Source of the DNA: a virus
Taxonomy: Duplodnaviria > Caudoviricetes
Virus record (IMG/VR): IMGVR_UViG_3300028048_000102
Span: 1-64,000 of that record
DNA: 64,000 nucleotides
Strand: one strand, 5' to 3'
The notes under the pieces are model-generated. The model was not told the origin of the DNA and did not search any database. It worked only from the letters and a program-made list of their open reading frames with translations. Of this stretch, positions 49,645-59,526 are shown piece after piece (the first letter of the stretch is position 1; the number at the start of each line of letters is the position of its first letter). A program made the position numbers and the translations under genes.

Positions 49645-51804
49645 ATGCAATTAAACTTAGAGAATTATCTAGCTTTAGAACCGCTAGTGCGTACTGGAAA
49701 CATGACTATCTATACAAAAGATATTAATGCCCAGAACTGGAACCAGTATTATACTGGATGTCTCAATCTTATGAAAGATGGTATTGAAGATACTTTCGTA
49801 CAGAAGTCTAAGATTAGGATTGTATTTCCTGATGGTAGAGGATGTAATCTTACTATTATTGACTTCTTCTTTAATTGTATCATGTGGTACATGATTGTAG
49901 GAGCTGGAAGAGTAATAGAACCAAAACACTTGTTCTATAATCCAAACGCTCTTACTAAAAAGGATATTAAGAATTACATTGATAAATATGTAATCATTCC
50001 TAACAGAGAGATTATGAAGTCTAAGGACTTGAATAACATGATCGATGATGCATTATTCAAGTATATGGATGTAGATAATTTTTCTCTGTTCCTGGGGTCT
50101 ACTATAAATCTTGAGGATAATATAAACCTCATGGATGCATCTCCTGAATTTAAAGAATTGATGAATACAGATCTTTCTAATATACCAATTGAAGATGTAA
50201 AAGATGTTGGTATGAAGCTTACTAATAAAGCAATAGAATATATAATTCATTCTAAAGAAATCATGGGGTATGAGCATTGTTTAGCTGATACATTCCGTTC
50301 TAAAGAAGGAACTAAAATAAATCAATATAAAGAATTTGCAGTTAGTATTGGTACTAAACCTGATGGAAAAGGTGGAGCTTATCCAATAGCTATTAATAAA
50401 TCTTATATCAATGGTGGCTTTAGAGGTAATTTGTGCTATCAGCTTATGGATTCTAATACAGCTAGATTTGCACAGATTATAACTAAGAATAACGTAGGTG
50501 ATTCAGGTAACTTTGCACGTATTATTGGATGGAATTCTATAGATACTATTCTTAGAGATGATCCAGAATATAGCTGTAATACTAAGAATTTACTTCGTAT
50601 TGAAATTAAGAATAAGAAGATTCTTGAGAGATTTAGAGATAGATGGTTTAGAAAAGATCCAGAAGGTGTAGAATATTTATGTGATGGAGAAGATGAGAGC
50701 TTAATTGGACAGACTCTGTATTTCCGTTCACCTGAATTCTGTGAATCACATGCTCATGGTAATGGAGTATGTTTCCGTTGCTATGGTAAGTTAGCATATA
50801 ATAATAGATATTTGAATATTGGTAAGATAGCAGCAGAGTTGATTACTTCTATCTTAACTCAGATGAGATTATCAGCTAAACATCTGCTTGAAACTAAGAT
50901 TAGAAAGTTTAGCTGGAATGAAGCATTCTATAAGTTTATTGATGTTAATGATAATATACTATTATTAAACAATGATCTTGAGTTTAATCCAAGTTGGTTT
51001 ATCTTAATAGATCCAGTTGATATTTGTCAAGAAAATGAATTGGATTATGATTCAGTAGACTATACTGATATTGCATCATTAGATGAAAAAGATGATGATT
51101 TTGATGATGATAATATTGAGTCTGACTTTAATGAGTATGTATCTAGATTCTATATTGGAAATGAGTCTGGAGAAATATTTGAGATTGCTGGTAATGAAGA
51201 GCAATATCATATGTATATTACTAATACATTGAATAAACTTATTAGAAGTAGTAATATTGCTGAAAATGGTATGATTAAGATTACTTTTGATGATGCTGAG
51301 TCTGCATCCTTATTCTGCTTAAAGATTGAGAATGATGACTTAGGTAAATCATTAGATGATATCAAACAGTTGATAGATAAGAAGTCTGTAACTACTTTAC
51401 ATGATGCACATTCTCTTACACAAGCTGTATTAGAAGCTGCAATTGATGGTGGAATAGATGTAATGTCTGTACACTTTGAGATTCTGATTATGAATCAGAT
51501 CAGAAGCATAATATCAAATCTTAAGAAACCAGATTGGAATATTCCAAATGAACCATATAGAGTACTCACATTGAAGGAATCTTTAAGTGATAATCCTTCT
51601 GTAACTATTTCTATGATTTATCAGAATTTGAGTAGACTCTTAGTAAGACCTCTTACTTATAAGAAGACTGCTCCATCCTTTGTAGATGTATTCTTTATGA
51701 GAGAACCTCAGAACTTTATGACTGATACATCTAACCTTATTGATACTAGTATCAAACCTAGAAAGGTTAAACCATTCATTAGAGTTCATAGAAGAAAACG
51801 TTAA
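49645..51804 (+). CDS. Phage RNA polymerase beta-prime subunit, C-terminal part
   Basis: Bridge-helix-like VGDSGNFAR, zinc site RSPEFC..GVCFRCYG, trigger-loop-like IGKIAAE..LTQMRLSAKH, HFEILI. Confidence 0.88.
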   Translation: MQLNLENYLALEPLVRTGNMTIYTKDINAQNWNQYYTGCLNLMKDGIEDTFVQKSKIRIVFPDGRGCNLTIIDFFFNCIMWYMIVGAGRVIEPKHLFYNPNALTKKDIKNYIDKYVIIPNREIMKSKDLNNMIDDALFKYMDVDNFSLFLGSTINLEDNINLMDASPEFKELMNTDLSNIPIEDVKDVGMKLTNKAIEYIIHSKEIMGYEHCLADTFRSKEGTKINQYKEFAVSIGTKPDGKGGAYPIAINKSYINGGFRGNLCYQLMDSNTARFAQIITKNNVGDSGNFARIIGWNSIDTILRDDPEYSCNTKNLLRIEIKNKKILERFRDRWFRKDPEGVEYLCDGEDESLIGQTLYFRSPEFCESHAHGNGVCFRCYGKLAYNNRYLNIGKIAAELITSILTQMRLSAKHLLETKIRKFSWNEAFYKFIDVNDNILLLNNDLEFNPSWFILIDPVDICQENELDYDSVDYTDIASLDEKDDDFDDDNIESDFNEYVSRFYIGNESGEIFEIAGNEEQYHMYITNTLNKLIRSSNIAENGMIKITFDDAESASLFCLKIENDDLGKSLDDIKQLIDKKSVTTLHDAHSLTQAVLEAAIDGGIDVMSVHFEILIMNQIRSIISNLKKPDWNIPNEPYRVLTLKESLSDNPSVTISMIYQNLSRLLVRPLTYKKTAPSFVDVFFMREPQNFMTDTSNLIDTSIKPRKVKPFIRVHRRKR

Positions 51805-51853
51805 TAGATTACCCAGAGGGAATTTCCCTCTGGGTTATTTTAAAGGAGTAAAT

Positions 51854-52288
51854 ATGACTTATTTATACTTGGCTATAACTGAAGATGATCAAGATATGGG
51901 AGTATTTACAGATGTAAAAGACTGTATAAAATATTTGGTATCCTTAGGGCAAGGTCCATCAGATTATATAGAAGTACCATTGAATCCTGAGATACCATAT
52001 AAGAATATGTATAAAATATTTGATGGATATGTAAACTATTTCAGAGGTGATGTTGCATTACATGAGTTTAGCATTACATCTGGTAATATAACATATGCCA
52101 ATCCAGTCAATGTATTTCAACCAGCAGCAAATACTGAATGTGAAAATAATATACCAATTACATGGTATTGTAGAATAATGGTTAGATCAGATCTAGCTAG
52201 TAAGATACAATCATTTTCTACATTTGTTATGAATACTGCTAAAGCTGAAATAGAAAAACGTATTAAAGAAATGCTAGGTGGTGTATAG
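51854..52288 (+). CDS. Hypothetical protein
   Basis: ATG 51854 with AAAGGAG RBS. Confidence 0.6.
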   Translation: MTYLYLAITEDDQDMGVFTDVKDCIKYLVSLGQGPSDYIEVPLNPEIPYKNMYKIFDGYVNYFRGDVALHEFSITSGNITYANPVNVFQPAANTECENNIPITWYCRIMVRSDLASKIQSFSTFVMNTAKAEIEKRIKEMLGGV

Positions 52289-53846
52289 AATGAGAATCTT
52301 GATAAAGCGTAGTACTATTATCATAGAAGATTACGTACTTGGTAATTGTACAAAGCTTGAAAGATCATTTATGATATTTGATAAAGTATACCATCGATAT
52401 AATTGGAAGGGTGCATACTATTCTCAAGATGAGCATAGATTGTATCTTCCAAGAGGAGTAAATATTGGATGGTTAGAGCATCTATTAGAATGCCCATCTT
52501 ATATGGAAGAAGAGTTTGACCCTATAGATCAAATATCTCCAGTAATGATAAAGTATCTTCCAAGAGATAAAGATCAAGAGACTGCTTTAGAGTTTATTCT
52601 TGGTAATGGGGATTATCTTGCTAATAGATATAAACCTCAGTTATCTGTAAATCTTAATACTGGTAAGGGTAAAACTTATGTTACAATAGCAGCATCTTCA
52701 TTTCTATTAGTTAGAACCATTATGATTACATCTAATATAGATTGGATTAATCAATGGAGAGATTGTATATTGGAATATACAGATACTAAGCCAGAAGAGA
52801 TTTATATAATTGCTGGAGCTATTAGTATTACTAAGCTTAAGAGAGGTATTCATGATATCTCTAAGATTAAATTTATTTTGGCATCTCATTCTACTATTCA
52901 ATCGTATGCTTCTAAACATGGTTGGCCAGCAGTAGGAGAGTTATTTAGATTTCTTAAAGTAGGATTTAAAGTATATGATGAAGCTCATTTGTATTTTGAT
53001 AATATCTGTATGATAGACTTCTTTACAAATACATATAGAAGTATTTATCTTACTGCAACTCCTGCTAGAAGTGATAGAAATGAAAATCAAATCTATCAGA
53101 AATCTTTGAAAGCTATGCCTAAGATAGACTTATTCCATCCAGATGATGATCCACATACTCAATACATATCTATACAGTATAATACACATCCAAATCCATA
53201 TGAACTCAATAACTGTTCTACTGGATATGGATTTAGTATGATTAAGTATGCTGGATATGTAGTACATAAACCTATCTTTTATAAGATGCTTTATATCGTA
53301 ATCGATATGTGTCTTAAGGTAGATGGAAAAGTTCTTATGTATATTGGTACTATAGATAGTATATTACAGATATACAATTGGATGATGCAAGCGTTTCCTT
53401 TCTTATATGGAAATATTGGAATATATAATTCTAGTATTCCTAAAGAGGAAAAAGAGTTTCAGTTAGAAAAGAAGTTTATTCTTACTACTACAAAATCTTG
53501 TGGAGCTGCTATGGATATTAAAGGTCTTAAAGTAACTGTATTAGCAGCAGAACCATTTAAGAGTGAAGTATTAGCAAGACAAACTTTGGGTAGAACAAGA
53601 GATGAAAATACTTCATATATAGAACTTGTAGATACAGGATTTGGTGCAATTAGGAACTACTACTATAAGAAATTAAAGGTATTTAATAAATATGCTACTC
53701 AATGCAGCAATATCTTGTTAAATGACCATCTAATTAATGAGAAGTATACTGAGTTGTATTGGAAGTACAATGAGAGAACTCTTGTATATTTAGAGGAAAT
53801 GAAGAAAGGATTACCTAAAGTATTCCATCATGTTAAAAAGGAGTAA
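52278..53846 (+). CDS. Superfamily 2 (DEAH) helicase
   Basis: LNTGKGKT, DEAH, TAT, QTLGR. Confidence 0.9.
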   Translation: MVYRMRILIKRSTIIIEDYVLGNCTKLERSFMIFDKVYHRYNWKGAYYSQDEHRLYLPRGVNIGWLEHLLECPSYMEEEFDPIDQISPVMIKYLPRDKDQETALEFILGNGDYLANRYKPQLSVNLNTGKGKTYVTIAASSFLLVRTIMITSNIDWINQWRDCILEYTDTKPEEIYIIAGAISITKLKRGIHDISKIKFILASHSTIQSYASKHGWPAVGELFRFLKVGFKVYDEAHLYFDNICMIDFFTNTYRSIYLTATPARSDRNENQIYQKSLKAMPKIDLFHPDDDPHTQYISIQYNTHPNPYELNNCSTGYGFSMIKYAGYVVHKPIFYKMLYIVIDMCLKVDGKVLMYIGTIDSILQIYNWMMQAFPFLYGNIGIYNSSIPKEEKEFQLEKKFILTTTKSCGAAMDIKGLKVTVLAAEPFKSEVLARQTLGRTRDENTSYIELVDTGFGAIRNYYYKKLKVFNKYATQCSNILLNDHLINEKYTELYWKYNERTLVYLEEMKKGLPKVFHHVKKE

Positions 53847-53849
53847 TCT

Positions 53850-54050
53850 ATGAATGATAGGTATAGAATGAAGATTAAATGTATAAGAAATATTGATTCT
53901 ATTACAAAAAAAGAACTATTGAAAATTAATAGAAATGCATTATGTGGAGCTAATTCTGTAATACCAGGAATGATAGTACAACAATTACAAGATAGTAGAA
54001 TTAATATATTATATTTGGGCGATGATGTAAACTTTGATAAGAAGGAGTAA
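53850..54050 (+). CDS. Small basic protein
   Basis: AAGGAG RBS. Confidence 0.5.
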   Translation: MNDRYRMKIKCIRNIDSITKKELLKINRNALCGANSVIPGMIVQQLQDSRINILYLGDDVNFDKKE

Positions 54051-54056
54051 ATTATT

Positions 54057-54215
54057 ATGAATAAAAGAAATTGTATGATATCCAAAGCTTATAAATTATG
54101 TGATCCATTTATTGGTAGTAAAAAAGTATTGAAACAAATAAAAAGATTATATGATTTGACTGATTCATATCTATTATTTAAAAAGCATAAGAAACTTAAA
54201 TATCTTAAAATGTAA
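54057..54215 (+). CDS. Small basic protein (52 aa, not in ORF track)
   Basis: AAGGAG RBS, MNKRNCMISKAY... Confidence 0.45.
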   Translation: MNKRNCMISKAYKLCDPFIGSKKVLKQIKRLYDLTDSYLLFKKHKKLKYLKM

Positions 54216-54234
54216 CTTTTTAAGGAGACTATAT

Positions 54235-54468
54235 ATGAATAATAGACTAAGATTAAGAAGACGCTATCTTAAATATATGCCTGAAAGTATATATCAGCAA
54301 TTATTTGTTGATAATGAGCCTTGGAGATATCTAAAGATAGAATCTAGATTAGATTCAGAATTTGTTTATTTAAAGCATGCCAATAAATCTATGAGGGAAA
54401 CAAATTACTTTGGATTACCTCATAGAAAAGAATTTGAAAAAAGAATAAAGGAAGGTAGATTAGTATGA
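54235..54468 (+). CDS. Small basic protein
   Basis: AAGGAG RBS; MNNRL N-terminus shared with the next gene. Confidence 0.55.
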   Translation: MNNRLRLRRRYLKYMPESIYQQLFVDNEPWRYLKIESRLDSEFVYLKHANKSMRETNYFGLPHRKEFEKRIKEGRLV

Positions 54469-54704
54469 ATAATCGATTAGTTTCTAGAGTTAAAGCATTG
54501 AATTTCACAGTAGATAATTTTCCTGAGTTTGTTGATGCACACGCTAGAAGATATTTTAATAAAAGAATGGAATTAGTATCTTCATTGATGAAAAGAGATA
54601 TTATTAGAGTGGCTAGTAAATGTATTACTAGGCCTAAGTTCCAAAAGAAATTAGATGAGATGATAGAAACTAGAAAATCATTTCTGTTTAGAATTGGAGA
54701 ATAA
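54465..54704 (+). CDS. Small basic protein
   Basis: ATGA overlap; MNNRL start. Confidence 0.55.
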   Translation: MNNRLVSRVKALNFTVDNFPEFVDAHARRYFNKRMELVSSLMKRDIIRVASKCITRPKFQKKLDEMIETRKSFLFRIGE

Positions 54705-54810
54705 ATAAAAATTAATAAATTTATATCATGTATAGGAATTATGGCAATGGTTTTGATTTGTTGTGGATAGAATCAAGATATATTATCTATGTTCCTAGAG
54801 GTGTAATTCT

Positions 54811-55002
54811 ATGGAAGAATATAATAATATTTCAAAAGAAGAACTAATATCTGAAATTGAAAGATTGAGAATAGAGAATACTAATCTACGAAATCATATT
54901 AGTTTATATATATCTGTGCTATCTAGTATAAGAGATGTAACTAAAAAATATGCTCCAGAAATATCTAAATGTATGAGCAATCATAACTCTAGTATTAGCT
55001 AA
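54811..55002 (+). CDS. Small coiled-coil protein
   Basis: GAGGTG RBS. Confidence 0.5.
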   Translation: MEEYNNISKEELISEIERLRIENTNLRNHISLYISVLSSIRDVTKKYAPEISKCMSNHNSSIS

Positions 55003-55261
55003 TAAAAAATAAAGGGTATTATATTTGCCCTTTATTTTTTATTATTAGAGTACTTCCCATTTTAAGGATAAGTAATTTTATAGTATATAACCAACATAAA
55101 ATTAGTGGTTAAAATATTCAATGATTTGTAGTATACTAGCTATCAAACTCACTAGGTATACGAACAAGCAGTGTGTCCCTCTACCGAAAGGTAGAGGGAT
55201 ATATTGTGTTAAATCTCCTTATTCTGACTGTATAGTAATCTTATAGAAAGGAGACTAGAAT

Positions 55262-57550
55262 ATGCCTGATAATGTTAATATAAGACCAGAGGCACAAGCT
55301 ACTAATCAGAATGCTACTATAACTCCTACTAGGATATGCTATCAGATGAGTACCACAAATAAATCATTTCTTAACATGCATTATTTGCTTAAGAGTATGG
55401 GTATTCAAAATAATAGATTCTTTTTAGCGTTACTTGATCCAGATTTAGCAGGTATATCTCCATTTGATCCTAATCTTTCATTTATGATGAAACAAAAGGT
55501 TCTTAGAGAGGTTACTAATAATTTCTGGTACTTTATACGAGAAGTAGTAAGAATTCCTACTCAAGGTGTTCCAGGTGGTGTTCCATTTGGATTACATAGA
55601 GCTAATCTTGCAATGTATTTTTGTATGATGTACAATCTAGATGTATTTGAAGAGATTCCTCGTCAGCTTGGTAAAACCATTGCTGCAGTTATAAGATATC
55701 TTTGGATATATAACTTTGGTACATCGTATTCTGAAATATCATTCTTGAATAAGAAATTGGTAGATAGTAAGCTTAACTTGTCTCGTCTTAAAGAAATAAG
55801 AAGTCTATTACCTACATATCTTCAGATGGACCAAACTTTTACTGAAAATGGTAAGAAGATAAAAGGTAGAGATACAGTAGAGTTTATTCATAATATTAAT
55901 AACTCTAATGAGATTAAAGCAAGTGCATCTGCAAAATCAGAAGTATTAGCAGCATCATTGCTCCGTGGTCGTACTCTTCCATTACTATGGGCGGACGAGT
56001 GGGCATTTATACCATTCAATATGACCATATTTATTAATGCAGTTCCAGCTATTAAAACTGCTAAGATGAATGCAGCTAAGATGGGTAAACCATATGGTAT
56101 TCTTCTTACTACAACTGCTGGTATGCTTACTACACAAGAAGGTGTAGCTGCTAATGAGATGAGAAAAGATGCTACTAAGTTCCATGAAAGATGGTATGAT
56201 CTTACATATAATCAAATCATGGAGATTATAAATGCTAATCTCAAATCAAACTTTGTATATATTAAATTTAACTATCAGCAGTTAGGTAAAGATGAAAGAT
56301 GGTTTGCTTCTGCTTGTAAAGACATGCTTTGGAACTGGTCTGAAATACGTCGAGAAATTCTACTCGAATGGAGAGAAAGTTCCGAGAACTGTCCATTTAC
56401 AAATGAAGAACTTGAAACTATTAAGAACTATTGTAGAGAACCAGTTGATTCTAAGCTTATAATGAATAAGTATATATTGAATATCTATAATAATCAGATT
56501 CCATTAAGACCAGACTATGTACCTAAATATCCTCCTATAATTGGAGTCGACGTATCTGGTGGTTATTATCATGATTCATCTGCTTTAACTATAGTAGATT
56601 CTAGAACTACAGAAGTTATTGCAGATTTCCAAGATAATTCAATATCTCCAATAGACTTAGCTAGATTTATCTATGAAGTAGTTCATAGATATTATCCAAA
56701 TGCTGTTATAAATGTAGAAAGAAATGGAGGTTATGGTGCATCAGTTATTGCAAAACTATTAGAGACCGACTTAAAACCTAATCTTTATTTCGAGATTAAA
56801 GATAGAATTATTGAAGAAAAGAATGATGGAATCCGAGTAGTAAAGAAGAAGCAAAAGACCAAAGTATTTGGTTTAGATTCTTCTAAGGATAAACGTGACT
56901 TACTTATTGAAATTCTTAGAGAAAGAGTTCAATATCATAAAGATAAGTTTGTATCTCCTAATCTTCATGATGAAATGCAACATATGGAAACTAAGAGAAA
57001 TGGTAAAGTAGAACATTCATCTACTTCACATGATGACCAGGTATTCTCTTATCTTATGGCTCTGTATGTATGGTATGAAGGTGTTGAGCTTAGAGAAAGA
57101 TATAACATTCAGAAATCTGCTATTAAGACAGATGATGATATTGATGAGCCTATTAATAATGTAGTAGATAATAATTCTCCTATAATAGAAGAAATTGAAT
57201 TTATTCAAAGAGATAAAGATGATGAAACTGCTAATATGATTAATGTACTGAAACAAGGTTCTGGTATATTGCTCAAAGACTTTATTATGAGAGAGCGTAA
57301 GAAGGAAGAAGAAGCATTTAAACTTCTTATGCAGAACAAAGCTGTTGTAAGAGCAGTTGCTCAAAACAATGGCATAACTGAAGATGAAATAAATCAGATA
57401 TACAATACTGGTAAGACTATTCCAGATTCAGTTCTCAATTCATTTAATACAATGGATGGAGAAACTGACTTTATGCAGAATGATGAATATGCTATTGCTA
57501 GAAATATATTATCACAATTAGAAACTTATGAAAGATCATCGATGAGATAA
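55262..57550 (+). CDS. terL: Terminase large subunit
   Basis: PRQLGKT Walker A, LRGRT..WADE Walker B, nuclease GVDVSGG...HDD. Confidence 0.92.
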   Translation: MPDNVNIRPEAQATNQNATITPTRICYQMSTTNKSFLNMHYLLKSMGIQNNRFFLALLDPDLAGISPFDPNLSFMMKQKVLREVTNNFWYFIREVVRIPTQGVPGGVPFGLHRANLAMYFCMMYNLDVFEEIPRQLGKTIAAVIRYLWIYNFGTSYSEISFLNKKLVDSKLNLSRLKEIRSLLPTYLQMDQTFTENGKKIKGRDTVEFIHNINNSNEIKASASAKSEVLAASLLRGRTLPLLWADEWAFIPFNMTIFINAVPAIKTAKMNAAKMGKPYGILLTTTAGMLTTQEGVAANEMRKDATKFHERWYDLTYNQIMEIINANLKSNFVYIKFNYQQLGKDERWFASACKDMLWNWSEIRREILLEWRESSENCPFTNEELETIKNYCREPVDSKLIMNKYILNIYNNQIPLRPDYVPKYPPIIGVDVSGGYYHDSSALTIVDSRTTEVIADFQDNSISPIDLARFIYEVVHRYYPNAVINVERNGGYGASVIAKLLETDLKPNLYFEIKDRIIEEKNDGIRVVKKKQKTKVFGLDSSKDKRDLLIEILRERVQYHKDKFVSPNLHDEMQHMETKRNGKVEHSSTSHDDQVFSYLMALYVWYEGVELRERYNIQKSAIKTDDDIDEPINNVVDNNSPIIEEIEFIQRDKDDETANMINVLKQGSGILLKDFIMRERKKEEEAFKLLMQNKAVVRAVAQNNGITEDEINQIYNTGKTIPDSVLNSFNTMDGETDFMQNDEYAIARNILSQLETYERSSMR

Positions 57551-57562
57551 TATGTAACACAT

Positions 57563-57598
57563 CATATACCCCTCTGGAATGATCCAGAGGGGTATATG
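57563..57598. terminator. Long hairpin terminator
   Basis: CATATACCCCTCTGGA-ATGA-TCCAGAGGGGTATATG. Confidence 0.7.
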
Positions 57599-57728
57599 CA
57601 GATTCGATGTATAATAGTTTGGGAGAAAATAAAATGAAAATTTAATTGTATCCTTACTATTAAGTCAATATTAAAAAGCTATTCATATTGAAACCATAAA
57701 TAAAATACCATAAGGAGGGAATATTTAA

Positions 57729-58496
57729 ATGGGTTCATTTTTACAAAACTCTAGAGCATATAATATTAAAGCAGAAACTGAACTGGCAGTTATATTATCT
57801 CATTTTGATGAATCATATATTTATAATGTAATAGATGATAATATAAATATGCTTAACCAACAGTTTAATTCTGTTCCAATGCCTAATATTACTAATAGCT
57901 TTGAAGATAATTTCAAAGCATTACATTTACATTATCCAGAAAAAAGAGAGGAAATAATTCAGACTAGATATGATACATATTATCAGATTATTGATATGCT
58001 TTCTAAGAAGTTTCAATTTGAGTTTCGTCCGTCTGATGATATGGATATATATACAGTTGCTTATTATACATATGATTTTTTCTTAGCTAAGTATCATGCA
58101 TTTATTGTAAAATTCTTAACTCATGTAATTGGAACTCAATGTGAAGTTCTTTATAATGCTTTAGGAATGGAGCAGTTTAAGAAGAATAAAGATATTTCTA
58201 CATCTGCAAATAAGCAATTGTATAAGAATCAACATCTTGCTATACTTTGTTCTAATATAGATATGGTTTGTACATATATTAAGGATATGGATTTCTCTAT
58301 GGAGCAGATTCTTAATATCTGTTACGATAATAACTATACTACTGTATCTGTATTCTTACAGCATATTTTCCCTATCTATGATTTTTATAAAACTTATTAT
58401 GCTACACTTTTATACAATGAAGCATTACATTCAGATATCATAGCATGTACACAATGGGAAATTCAAAGAAGATACTCTAATGTATCATTAGTATAA
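57729..58496 (+). CDS. Hypothetical protein (likely structural module)
   Basis: AAGGAGG RBS; lies between terminase and sheath. Confidence 0.65.
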   Translation: MGSFLQNSRAYNIKAETELAVILSHFDESYIYNVIDDNINMLNQQFNSVPMPNITNSFEDNFKALHLHYPEKREEIIQTRYDTYYQIIDMLSKKFQFEFRPSDDMDIYTVAYYTYDFFLAKYHAFIVKFLTHVIGTQCEVLYNALGMEQFKKNKDISTSANKQLYKNQHLAILCSNIDMVCTYIKDMDFSMEQILNICYDNNYTTVSVFLQHIFPIYDFYKTYYATLLYNEALHSDIIACTQWEIQRRYSNVSLV

Positions 58497-58512
58497 AGGA
58501 GAGATATAATAA

Positions 58513-59412
58513 ATGGGAACTATTTCAAGCATTATTTCTGAAGAGAGTAATCATCTTAAAAATCAGTATGGATATTTTAATGAAGAAGAGTTAAATGAAG
58601 TAGTTGAAATTGCTGAAAAATATCATGAGGATAATACTTATGATTATAAAGCAAATATGAAACCTACTACTCTTGCTAAACTTGTTAAAAATCTTGTTAT
58701 AGACCATGAAGCTAATAAAGATAAGTTTATTACACAGGCTCTTGAAGAAATCTATCTTCTTGCCGATATAAATAAAGATAGAGAAGAGATTAAGAAGACT
58801 GTAGAAGAGAGTAAAGAAGATACTAAGAAGTTTCTTCAAGAATATATAGAGCATGAAAAACAGCAGAGAGAAATGATGGAGCATAATCTCTTAGAACAAG
58901 CTGAGAAATGTGAAAATGAAGATGAGAAGAAACGTATGATTGAAACTTCTCAGGCATATACAGATGGGTATACTTTTAAAAGATTTATTAAATATATTCA
59001 GTCTGAACAATATAAAAAGGATCTTAAGAAGAATTCTAAGTCTAAGCATGTTAAGAGATTATTTGAGGATTGTGACTACATTATATCTAAGATAGTAGGT
59101 CCATCTGGATATAATATGAATTTTACAAAAATAGCTGGGCAAATATATGCTGCAAGATATGGTTCTCTTAAAAAATATTATCATATAATAGATGATTTTA
59201 TTGTAGCTTTAGTTCTTCATATATCTAAAACAGTTGATATATCTAATAGGGCTGATATGATGTATGCATATAACGTAGCTTCAAATCTTAATCACCTCTT
59301 TAATATAAATGCTTTTGCAACTAACTTTGATAAAGAAAAAGATAAGTACTTCGAAGAAGCACTTGATGCTTTTGTTGAGCTTCACACAAATGATGAAGCT
59401 AATGCTGGATAA
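58513..59412 (+). CDS. Hypothetical helical protein
   Basis: 299-aa ORF with strong RBS. Confidence 0.65.
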   Translation: MGTISSIISEESNHLKNQYGYFNEEELNEVVEIAEKYHEDNTYDYKANMKPTTLAKLVKNLVIDHEANKDKFITQALEEIYLLADINKDREEIKKTVEESKEDTKKFLQEYIEHEKQQREMMEHNLLEQAEKCENEDEKKRMIETSQAYTDGYTFKRFIKYIQSEQYKKDLKKNSKSKHVKRLFEDCDYIISKIVGPSGYNMNFTKIAGQIYAARYGSLKKYYHIIDDFIVALVLHISKTVDISNRADMMYAYNVASNLNHLFNINAFATNFDKEKDKYFEEALDAFVELHTNDEANAG

Positions 59413-59526
59413 TGCCTCACTTCCAGTATTACATTTTTCATTCTTTGTTTTACTCCTTTCATCTCTCCAACCCAAATTTGGGTTGGAGAGAACATTTGTG
59501 TAAAATGTATAAAGGAGGAGAAACTA

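Noticed and set aside
9827-51853. Extended ORF-track starts (9827, 14538, 25363, 47032, 47852, 48615, 51740)
   Set aside because: They overlap upstream genes or terminators; downstream ATGs have clear RBSs
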